Assembly: GCA_040954595.2 (NCBI GenBank)
Contig: CM082578.2
Location: 13,360,304-13,424,303 of the forward strand
DNA: 64,000 nucleotides
DNA from: Balanoglossus misakiensis
Lineage: Eukaryota; Animalia; Hemichordata
Direction of reading: 5' to 3'
Positions 41,701-52,100 of this stretch are shown in pieces (position 1 is the stretch's first letter; the number at the start of each line of letters is the position of its first letter). The notes under the pieces were generated by a model. The model was not told the DNA's origin, ran no database searches, and saw only the letters and a list, made by a program, of their open reading frames with translations. Both the position numbers and the translations under genes were made by a program.

Positions 41701-44059
41701 TGATCTCCTCATGCAAATGTAAGCAACGTACATACACAATGCTATATGCTCTGGCACCAATTTCACGTTACTGAGATGTCCCCACCCTGACTCTTTGTAA
41801 TTACCCATTTATACACTTGTAAGTTATTCCATAATTTTGACGAGAGAATTCCAAGTCAACTATTAAATGGCAGTACAAAAATCCGCAGTCGTAATCACTC
41901 AGTTAGCTTTAGGGGATGTTACTCTAAATAGCTTTTAAAAAAGATCCTTTTATTATAAATGTATTGAACAGGATCTCCTATTTCCGTTATAAATAAGAAG
42001 ATGCATTTGAAAGGCTCTTAGGGACAACCAAATTGGTTAAAGTATAATGAGGTAAAATATCTCCAGAGAAGATCATGATATTCTTACATCATAAAAGGAC
42101 GACCGCGGGTGATTTCAGTGAGATGGTTGGGGGCCAGCTGCAAAACTCAAAGATGAAATCGATGCCTCATTTCCGAAACCTTGTACCGGGCACTTAATCA
42201 GTTTAGAATAGCGATTACAACCCCGGATAATAAGATTTTTATGTCCCATAAAGAGTTCAAATCGATATTTCATAATACCAAGTACAGATGATTGCGGGAG
42301 AGAGGGAATGTGTTTACCGGCATTTGAGATTTCCTGAGGAAATTATCAAATCTGACATTGTGATAACGGTAATAAAATGCACGGTGACAGATGGTGTATG
42401 AATCAATGTGCATATTCGAAGCGATAACTTTTTTACCATCAGCAATAACGTCAAATAAAGTAAACACACTATTCTAATAGCACTGAAATTTGGAACAGGA
42501 CCGAAATACCGTAAATGTCCAGAAAAGGGTAGTTTTTGTATACTACAGGTGTACGGCATCTTGAACTATAAGAAAGATTGGCTAAAGAAATTTGCCGAGT
42601 ATTGAAACATATAGCTGGCTTGAAGCGAAACAAATGAAGAAAGAAGTCCGACTGTATTGGGGATGAGGGCGCAGTTTTATGACAATGCCTCAGCTTATTC
42701 CGTATTTAGTTTTCATAGAGCGACACTCTTACAGTCAGTCTATGGTCAACATAGGAATCCGTGTGAGGTTCATTCAAAACAAAACTATAAACATTTCTTT
42801 TAAAATAAGTTGTTTTTGGATACCGATAGTTGATGACATAACAATCTAAGTTTTTCATTACATTTCATTTCTATTGGTGTAATTGTGTATCATGTTATTC
42901 CGGTAATCAATTAAACCTTCAGTGCAGTATATACCGGTATATTCATGCTGTACATTATTCACTTTTCACTCATCTATTTGAAAAATGGATTAGTGACCTC
43001 TAGTTCTAGATTATTTGTCATGGCAGCAAGACTGATCAGCACATTAATCGGCATCACAAAAAATGTGCATGCGAGTACAGCAGCTGTCGCATAGTCTCGG
43101 CAAATGAATGAGCGAACTGCGTGATGTGACGACTTGTATTACAGACAAACAAGAAATTGACGCTACATCGAGATCTCCATTGTGCATGCAACTTTAAAGT
43201 TAACTGTCATCATAAAGCCTCATATTAATTCATTGTGTTAAAATCTGGCAATGCAAGAACATGGCCGTACTGGTTTGTAAAGGTAGGCATCTAAACAAGA
43301 TTTTACCATGTATATATCACTCATATTTTAATGTCGTGTCATGCAATACAAGCTGTCAAAAAACTGTGTACAACCTCTTGTAAAAACGATTATTATCGCT
43401 TTATCAGACCAGACAATCTATATTAATTAAATATCAATAAATGACCATATTTACAGTGTCATTTATCTGAAGTGATGTCATTTGTAGACTCTCCAAAAGA
43501 GAATGTTTAGCGAAATGTACAGGAAAATTGGAACTGGAAATTTCTCGACCTCAGTTAACGCGATTGTATGGTAATCACTTGACATTTGATGACGTCAATT
43601 TAAGGTCATTGGGGAAATCTTGATGTTAAAACTCTTAATTGTAATGAAGCAACTGCTAAGAGAATATGAATTATCCTTAATTTTTGTGTGAATATTGTGG
43701 GAAGGAAACTGCATATCTCTTCTCATTCCTAACAATCTGTTACCCCCACAGCAGCAGCTGTTACATGCTCTATCCATGATTATTACTACTGAGGTAAATA
43801 GATACACACGATACACATACTTAAATATGGCGTGGGCATATTATTGTTTATCAATCTGCACGCAAATATGTTGATGGTTGGAAAGTGTGGCTGCCCTGAC
43901 TAACAATGTACTACACACTCCCATAGTTCAATATTTACCACGCATGTATGTACCAACACCATAAGTAAACACGTGTGACATGTCTGTGAATGACAGCCAA
44001 GTAAAAAGATAATGAAGAAGCCAACTGATTTAGTGACTGTTTGATTGATTCCCATTTCT

Positions 44060-44080
44060 TGTCCATTTTCATTTTCACAG
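44060..44080 (+). promoter_or_regulatory. Probable 3' splice acceptor of a 5'-UTR intron of the glycosyltransferase gene
   Basis: Polypyrimidine tract plus CAG (ttcttgtccattttcattttcacag|gtt), 94 nt upstream of the ATG at 44175. Confidence 0.65.
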
Positions 44081-44174
44081 GTTGAAATGACCAATGCCTA
44101 AGCACTGACCACTACTTGCAACTTCAGCATTATTATTCCTGCTATATCTGTCAAACATCTTTTGATCCACCAGT

Positions 44175-45767
44175 ATGCTACTTTGGCGAACTCACGCAAT
44201 TCTTGCCTACGCACTTCTTGGAGTGATGATTTTCACTAATTTCTACAGCCAAATGAGGACAGCTGTATACACTTTCAATGGCTCAGAGCGTAGAGAGAGG
44301 GATGACCTGAAGACACGCCTAGTAACACGTTATAGCAACGGGATGTCTGCAGGAATGTCACCCTCCAGAGATGACATAGAAAAATCTCTCGACTTTTTCA
44401 ACGCCAGGACATGTACATGTTCAGGCAAACGCACTTACGGGCCTCTGGATGATGTCGCCCTCTCTCGACGAAAAATCCAGTTTGAAGAATGGAGAAGCTC
44501 GCAGAAGTTAAAACACGATCCTGTAGTTATTTGCCCCTCAATGTCACCTCTTACATTTGTCGGGGGTGGATTGACAGTTGAACCACTTCATTCAATTAAA
44601 CTATTGGGACTGCAGATAGACGAGCTGTTCTGGGATTTATCATTCCAGAACGGGTATTTCGATATTACATTCACGGCCACCGAGTCCTTCGGCGTGATGG
44701 AAATCAGCCGTGTGCAATTCCCACATATCGAGCTAAATGGCAATGGTACTGATCGTTTATTGGTGCAAGTGTGGCCAGGAACAAGTCTTGCCACAGTAAA
44801 CACACTGTTGGAAAGCATATCTTACCGCAGTACTAAATATGATATAGAGCTTCGAGATGTCGTTGAGGTGATAATGCAAGGAACTCGGGTTGAAGTGAAC
44901 ATCCACATACGACGGGAACCTTTCCCGAGGCTTTACGATATAACTGTGGATGACCATATCAGTAAGAAATTAACAATACTAACCAAAACATTTCAACGCC
45001 AGAGACCAATTAATCATCTCATAGAAAGTGTACGAAAGTTCTATCATAATATAACTGTGATCATAGCAGACGATTCCGATGAACCGATGGTGATTGACGA
45101 CCCGTATTCGAAGTATTACAAGATGCCATTCGCTGAAGGCTGGTTTGCTGGTCGCAATCTGGCACTAAGTCAAGTCAGGACGAAGTATTTTCTGTGGGTG
45201 GATGATGACTATGAATTTACTGAAAACACAGTGTTGGAGAAACTTCTCGAGAGGTTGGAAGAACCTATCTTTAAACTGGACCTTGTATCGGGAATTCTCG
45301 ATGTTTTTGATTTCACCAATGTTAACAATACAGTAAATACATGGCATAAAGTTTACAGCAGGGAGGCTTGTGATTTGGGATATACGGTCGAAGAAATGAG
45401 CGGGCATTACCAAACGATTGATGGTCTCCCAGAGTGTGTTATAGTGGATTGTGTTTTAAATTTTTTCATGGCGAAAACGGACGTGGTTAGAGGGATTGGA
45501 TTTGACCCAACTTTAGAACGAGTCGGCCATGTGGAGTTTTTCTGGGATGGGCTCGGTCTTCTGCGGACTGCTTTATGCAACGACGTGAAGGCATTGCATC
45601 GTCCTGAAGCGGGAAAGAACTACTACAACTATCGCTACACGGAAGATTTAGGAATCACAAAATACGAGGATAGGATCATGTATTCTGCATTTAGACACAG
45701 TTTGAACTGTATAAAAGGCATGTATAAACCACCAATCAAAACGGTGAAGCTAAAGTCACAATCATAA
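44175..45767 (+). CDS. B4GALNT1: Beta-1,4-N-acetylgalactosaminyltransferase, B4GALNT1/B4GALNT2 (GM2/GD2 or Sda synthase) family, CAZy GT12-like; single coding exon, 530 aa
   Basis: Type II membrane topology (short N-terminal tail then a hydrophobic anchor), stem CxC (CTC) and family motifs TKTFQR, VIIADDS, MPFAEGWFAGRNLALSQVRTKYFLWVDDDY (DxD), VLNFFMA and RVGHVEFFWDGLG. The family call is firm; B4GALNT1 versus B4GALNT2 orthology cannot be resolved, so read the symbol as '-like'. Confidence 0.93.
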   Translation: MLLWRTHAILAYALLGVMIFTNFYSQMRTAVYTFNGSERRERDDLKTRLVTRYSNGMSAGMSPSRDDIEKSLDFFNARTCTCSGKRTYGPLDDVALSRRKIQFEEWRSSQKLKHDPVVICPSMSPLTFVGGGLTVEPLHSIKLLGLQIDELFWDLSFQNGYFDITFTATESFGVMEISRVQFPHIELNGNGTDRLLVQVWPGTSLATVNTLLESISYRSTKYDIELRDVVEVIMQGTRVEVNIHIRREPFPRLYDITVDDHISKKLTILTKTFQRQRPINHLIESVRKFYHNITVIIADDSDEPMVIDDPYSKYYKMPFAEGWFAGRNLALSQVRTKYFLWVDDDYEFTENTVLEKLLERLEEPIFKLDLVSGILDVFDFTNVNNTVNTWHKVYSREACDLGYTVEEMSGHYQTIDGLPECVIVDCVLNFFMAKTDVVRGIGFDPTLERVGHVEFFWDGLGLLRTALCNDVKALHRPEAGKNYYNYRYTEDLGITKYEDRIMYSAFRHSLNCIKGMYKPPIKTVKLKSQS

Positions 45768-46098
45768 ATCAGTATAAGCTAAGGTCATACATGGAAGAGC
45801 GTATATGCAAAATTCTGATCATAAATTTTAAACAGAACCACGGCAGAAGAGAAACACATAGTATACATGTAATTACCATATATTAACAATTCATCATCTT
45901 GGTGTTCAACTTTGAAATACATTAACTGTTCCTAAATTGTAACTTAAGACATTTATAATTTAGAATTCTATCTTTTCTTGTACATTAACTCAATGCATGC
46001 CATCGACGAAGTAGGGTGCGTTGGTCACATGATGTGTGCGATGGGAAAACATATACGGGTCAGATTTTAGAAATAGAAACTTATGATACATACGGTTC

Positions 46099-46104
46099 AA
46101 TAAA
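46099..46104 (+). terminator. Candidate polyadenylation signal (AATAAA) for the glycosyltransferase gene
   Basis: First AATAAA I noticed downstream of the stop, about 330 nt away. The hexamer is common in AT-rich DNA, so this is weak. Confidence 0.35.
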
Positions 46105-46469
46105 TAGCATTCATTCGTGACAAGACAAAGATGTGTCGTCCAGTGCAGAGTACGATTGTACAATTTCACAGACGTACGGTATATGTATACTCACTACAGT
46201 ACTAAATACGATATATATTTCACCTGATGAAAATTGGCTTATTCCAGCAAGTCATCATCCCAAAAACGCAGAACTATCGAGGCACCTAAATGATAAAATT
46301 AAAGCTCTATTAGCTGTAACTTTTCATGATGTTTTCAGTATGTTTGTTTCAAATCTCTATAACATGATGAAATGCCATAGTAACACACCATGTATCGGGT
46401 CAACACTGTTATAATGAAAAATTTGAATTCAAGTCCAGACTATATTTCATTTGTCAATAACAATGGCCA

Positions 46470-46470
<1 letters not shown>

Positions 46471-46500
<30 letters not shown>

Positions 46501-46529
46501 CATACATACATACATACATACATACATAC
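46471..46529. repeat. Perfect (TACA)n microsatellite, ~14-15 units
   Basis: Direct observation. Confidence 0.97.
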
Positions 46530-47978
46530 GGGTTATGTTGACAAAGAGAGTACTGGGTATATTTAAATGCTGTTTGAAGTAGAACAAGAAAGACGCATGA
46601 TACACAGAACAAAAATACTGGAAATCAAGCCAAATTTATTAGCTAATGTCCCTACAGATCAAAAAACAAGACCTATTTTATCAGCTGAATATTTGAAATG
46701 GAAGACGAAGGATATACAAAGTGTACATGTAATTCATCTGCAAAGGTGGGAATATTTGATGTGCATGGCAAAAATAAATAAAAAGACGACAGTTGCATCT
46801 GTACATGTTTGTTCATTTTGCTATAAATAATCGGTAGTTACGGGTCAACACATACGGTAGGCGTACATGTATATGCATGTTTCAGCATTAAATTTCAATT
46901 GTTTGTCTTACATGAACTATGTGTGAACAGTTGATGACAAGGAAGAATGGTGCATCATAATATGAGGGGCAGTTAACATCATAATAGTCAGTAGTGTATA
47001 GGGACCAAAGTCCCATTATTACCACTCACTTTTGTCCAAAATTGACTTAATAAGCAATATTGTAATTTTATTTCTACGGCAAGACAGCACCATGTGGTTA
47101 CGTAGTCAAACAAGAGCCCACTGTCACATGATGCCGTCTTACAGATATGCGGATTTGGAATTCTTAGAATTCTTGGATTCACACACACAATCACGTACCG
47201 GTACATGTATCTGCTAGTGGACCACCAAAAATTACAAAATTCCTGCCACGAAATGGATGGTGGTAGCGATTTTTTCTGATCAGAGAAAAACCCTTGAGCA
47301 TAAGCATGCAGTTCACCAGTAACAATAAATTATTGGAAAACAACTTTACAATAATTGTCTTTATAGAAAATGGATTCTATGCTTCTCCATCCCAGAGGAT
47401 GATTTAAATGTTAACATCTGCTGTTTACAGATCACACTGGTTGTACCGTACACGTTTGGCTCTGAGTACAACCTGAGTGCTATTTACTGCCCGATGACTA
47501 CCGGCTTTTGCAACAGTACCGGTAAATCTTTCCATTTCTATAGAGCCATAATGGCTGGCCCCAATGTATTTATAGTGATCGCTGTTCTTAGTTGAAGCAT
47601 GGGCCATAAAATAACAGAGCACCTGACACGTGCCAAAAGAATCCATGAGTAATGGTGCGTTTACTAATTATAGTAAGTGTACGAGTAGGACGAGGTTTAA
47701 ATGCCACAGTTTGTAGGTTCAATTCCATAAACCTCCAAGTACAAATCTGCTATTTATACAGTACCATGGGTGCTTTTTGCTCTATCAGAATGAAGCCACT
47801 TCTGCATGTTATTTGTTAAACAATAAATAATCAAGTAAATATTATAAATTCTGCGTCAAAAGTGAATATGACGAAAATGACTTTGACTTACACATGCAGA
47901 GCAATTAGGCATCTTACATTCTATAGTGCTATTAATGACAAACCCAATGATCATATCAATCTCTTACAATGGAAATAC

Positions 47979-48977
47979 TCAAATTCTTGTCAACCTAGAA
48001 CTGCGTTGAGTTGTATGTTTCCACTCAGTCATCTCTGTGCTGGGTTGAGACTGATTTCGGTTGATGCTTTGGTAGGAATGTCCAGACTTTGAAGAGTTAC
48101 ACTTGAAAGCCGTCTGAAAGGCTCTACGGTAGATGGAGCTCATGGCGTTGTAGATGACCGGGTTCACACACGAGTTGATCTCCAACAAGAAAGTGCTTGC
48201 ATTTGTCAGGCAGTGTATCAAATCTGGCGATATCACGATCAAGTCAAACTGATATAACACCAGCACAAAGGCCTGTAAAACAGGGGGCATTGTGCAGGTG
48301 AAGTACACAAGAGCAGTGGCCAGACACACGCGAATGATCTGTCTCTCATTTTTCTTCACAGAGTGGCCCGATCGCTTCACACGATGAACAATAATGGCGT
48401 ACAGCACCGTTGTGATGGCAAGAAGAACAAAAACACTGAGTAGGTAAACGATCCTACCAGCAACTGAGCGCGCCTCGACTAGATATAAGCAGTCAACGAA
48501 ACCTTCCATTGTTATCATTATAGACACTGTCCACGTGGAGATAATAACTCCCCCAACGAAACGTTTATCGTGAATAAAGCCAGTGCGATACAGTATAGGT
48601 CTGCACAGTGCAAAATAGCGTTCCACACTCAGTATTGTGATAGTGAACATCGAGACGTACTGGGGTACGCGTGACAGAAGCAAAAATGCACACCTGTTTA
48701 GGCCTTTCAGGTAGAAACACGACGGTCCTGCAATTAGCATGCAGTTCCATATTACACTGTGAGTAATGGAATGCAACAGGTCAGAGATGGCCAAATTGAC
48801 AAGATATGCGTTAGTCACCGTTCTCATCGAACTAACTCGAAAAATTACGAATATAAAAGCAATGTTACTGACAATCCCAGCTGATGTAATGCATATTCCG
48901 ATGATACACTGCGTGTTACTGTCCATAACACACGCCATGGTCTCTGTGTCATTTGCAGGGTTCGATGAATTCACCAT
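47979..48977 (-). CDS. Rhodopsin-like class A GPCR, single coding exon, 332 aa (paralog 2)
   Basis: Seven TM segments with MRTVTNAYLVNLAISD, SVERYFALCRP, CTMP, NSCVNPVIY and YRRAF. The ORF track starts at a TTG (49031); the first in-frame ATG is at 48977 in a strong Kozak context (GGCACCATGG), followed by sequons NSS and NDT. Confidence 0.96.
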   Translation of the reverse strand: MVNSSNPANDTETMACVMDSNTQCIIGICITSAGIVSNIAFIFVIFRVSSMRTVTNAYLVNLAISDLLHSITHSVIWNCMLIAGPSCFYLKGLNRCAFLLLSRVPQYVSMFTITILSVERYFALCRPILYRTGFIHDKRFVGGVIISTWTVSIMITMEGFVDCLYLVEARSVAGRIVYLLSVFVLLAITTVLYAIIVHRVKRSGHSVKKNERQIIRVCLATALVYFTCTMPPVLQAFVLVLYQFDLIVISPDLIHCLTNASTFLLEINSCVNPVIYNAMSSIYRRAFQTAFKCNSSKSGHSYQSINRNQSQPSTEMTEWKHTTQRSSRLTRI

Positions 48978-49119
48978 GGTGCCAGAACCATATGATGTAG
49001 TTTCAGCCCGTCGAGACAAGATAATGTTCAACTTATGTGAGTTGTAAATTTCTCCTGTAGTGTTAGCGTCTAGGTATCACTCCAGGGTAGATGTCCACAA
49101 CACTCTCCAGTTTTGAAAT

Positions 49120-49135
49120 CTAAAAAAAATCAATT
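49120..49135 (-). promoter_or_regulatory. Probable 3' splice acceptor of a 5'-UTR intron of GPCR paralog 2
   Basis: Minus strand reads a T run then ag|atttcaaaac, about 140 nt upstream of the ATG. Confidence 0.45.
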
Positions 49136-52100
49136 GGCATAATCACATGAATTGTGTGCTAATTTCCAGTGTACCGGTACTTATGACATGATTGGCATTG
49201 CATAGCTTCAGTGAAAATCGTTCAGTTGTGAACTCCATCAGGAGATAATAAAACAAATACCCAGTAAATGGTAAGAAGAAATGGGTGTGTGATATTTAAC
49301 TAACCAGCGATGCGTTGGAGCCTAGCCTGTTGCACGATCTAACGTATGGAGCTACAGCTAAATTGGTTTTTTGATGTTGCAATTTATGAGGTAGAATAGA
49401 CTGTCCTGCCACACACACAGAGTTGTCAGCTGCTGCCCTCTATGCTATATGTGCGCAGAATCAAGCTCGATACTGGTGGCGCACTTTTCGGGTAGAACTG
49501 CAGTAAACTAACAATTATTTCAGTGGACTATTCTCTTTGCAATTGTGAAACTGGTGGTGCATCCAAAAGCAATGCTCAGAAATAGAGGGGGGTATTGATT
49601 AAATACCAAGGACTCACTTCTGTCACTATTTTTCAACAAAAATAACTGAAATTTCATTTTGTACAGTCACCTTCTTTTAACATTCAAGTGTGCTACCTTG
49701 TTTGCTGATATACCCCGGTACATGTACTATCTTTCTGCCTGAGTGTGTCTCTCTCCTTGTTTACCTCACTGCAAATGATGATAGCTTCTATTGTGCCGAT
49801 ACCTATCTGAGCCTTCATCTGTCTTATTTCAAGTTTTGAAGATAGAAAACCCTATTCTCTATAATAAACCAGGTGACACAGACTGGCTATCGGTAGGCAG
49901 AATGCTACAGACCCTTTTTAATACATGTGTCAGTACTACAAGCACTTGCCAGAAATTTGGCCCAAATGATATCCAGCAAAGTGTTTTGAAAAGAGGTGCA
50001 TTATCATGATGAGTGAAATTAGTGAAAGCTAGCTTGAAAACCTCCTATCTGCTTTTGTAGTTCAAAGTTCCAGAATAAATTTTAGTAGGAAATTTCACTC
50101 ATTTTTTACTGCCAATTGACAGTCAATGTTAAGGGTAAGGCTAAGTGCCACGAGAAGTCGTATCAATATCAGATATAAGAAACCAATCCTATCGCTTGAA
50201 CCGGTGCTTATTGGAAGGTTCTCATCTGTAGTGATTTCCTCTTTGACATTACTAGTAGTAAGCCTATACTCATAGAATTCATTTTAATTAGACCTGCTCC
50301 TATCATTTCAATTTCACTATTTGGCTTCTGATACAAAACATGATCCAGCTCAGCATCAGAACCGAAATATTAACCTTTCTGATAGGGTGAATTTTCTACT
50401 CTGCCCCGAAGATTTCACTGCTAGCCATGAGACAGGAAATGGAACCGGCTGAAAGTTAATGTTGCTCAGTGTTGTCTGGTCATGTTCGTATCCGTGGAAA
50501 CAAGTCACCGTTTGATATTCTTATTCCGCTCAAGTACCACCCCCCCCCCCCCCCCTCTCTCTGCTTGGGCGCAGTTCGATCACAATTTAACAGCAACAGC
50601 AGTTTACAGTTCTAGGACTTTTCTTTGATTAACAGATGAAACTGATTTATGATGCGTAATGTAAAACAACTCATTGTTTACAATCTTGAGATAGTATTTT
50701 TAATTATAGAAAAGGCCAGCCAATTATGTTTTCCAAGTACAGTTGGATAGATGCTGCCAAAAATAGGAACTCATGAATATGTTAACTCATGGCAACAGTA
50801 CGGATATATAATTTCAACTATGGCATTTACCAGTCGTCGTTTTATCTAAACTCTACATGAATGAGGCTTTCTGCTGCATACGTCGTTGATATGACGATGT
50901 AGCACCGATAGAGATTGAAAACAAATTGCAAAGCTTCTGACTTCTAATTTTATTCCCATCACAAAATCCTTTCGATCTCTCCTGAAAAGGGTAATTATTG
51001 AGAACTCACAGTGGGTACAAAAAAGAAATATTGACTATGGCTCTTTTTCACCCACTGAATTCTAATTAAAGAGAAATATATGAATGTTAAGGGACCACCC
51101 CTTGGTCGAGTAGATGAGCCTAACTGAAAAATACCAAATCAGATAAATAAAACAGCATGGTGGTCTCGTTTTAGCCCAAACAAATCGTTCTCTGCATGGT
51201 AGATTGTAATGCAGATGGGTCAACCATCTCAAATTTTCATTTCGAATACCAATTCGGGGAAATGGCTTGTACGTGTCTGCCAAATGATTTCCACAGTCTC
51301 ACCATGAGATCTTGTCTATGTAGAGAGAGAGAAATAATATTTAATCTGATTGACGTGTCCTTTCATGTACCGGTCTATGGATCCAGCAACATGTTTAGAA
51401 TAAATCGCATCTCGAAAGAGATGTTTTACTCGACTACCAAGCCCTAGTATCAAAGCTTGGTACATTATTAATAGCAATTTTTTCATAAAGTTGGATTTAA
51501 ATTGTATTGGAAAAGTTTATTGCTTTAGGGAATGTCATGAAATTTGATATAAGCCAATTACGCATGTTCATGAATCATTTGTTATCCAATCAATTCTCTC
51601 CGAGTGCCAGGGAGAAAAATAAAATTTAAACTCGGAACCATCAACATACCATTTGCCTTGCTGTAAATTTTAATTGGGATTTAACTGCTCAACAATTTAG
51701 TTCTCAAGGTATATGACAGCTTAACTTATCACGTGTCCCAGAATGCACTTTAGATTGCTGTTCAACAGTCTATGATAATATCACCCACAAAATAAGTGAT
51801 GGTATATTCCACTATCACTTCTCAGGTACACAGGTCATTCTTAGCAATGACCACACTATAGCAACACCATGACATGAAGAACCCAATACATAAACACCAT
51901 GCCTTCAACTCTACCGTAACAAACCAATTGTCTTCCGTTATGAATTTAGAGGTGAACCATCAAAAGACCATGCTTGCTAAAGATACAACAGTGACCTCAC
52001 AGCAGTATGATTGTATCAATTCTGCTTAAAGATGTACCGGTAGGTGCCATGTTATCTTTGCTGATCATTTCGGATGTTCTGTTCCTGTGGGTGTTTTTGT

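Noticed and set aside
48978-49031. N-terminal extension of GPCR paralog 2 from the TTG start in the ORF track
   Set aside because: Eukaryotic gene; the ATG at 48977 has a strong Kozak context and gives an N-terminus similar in length to the paralogs.
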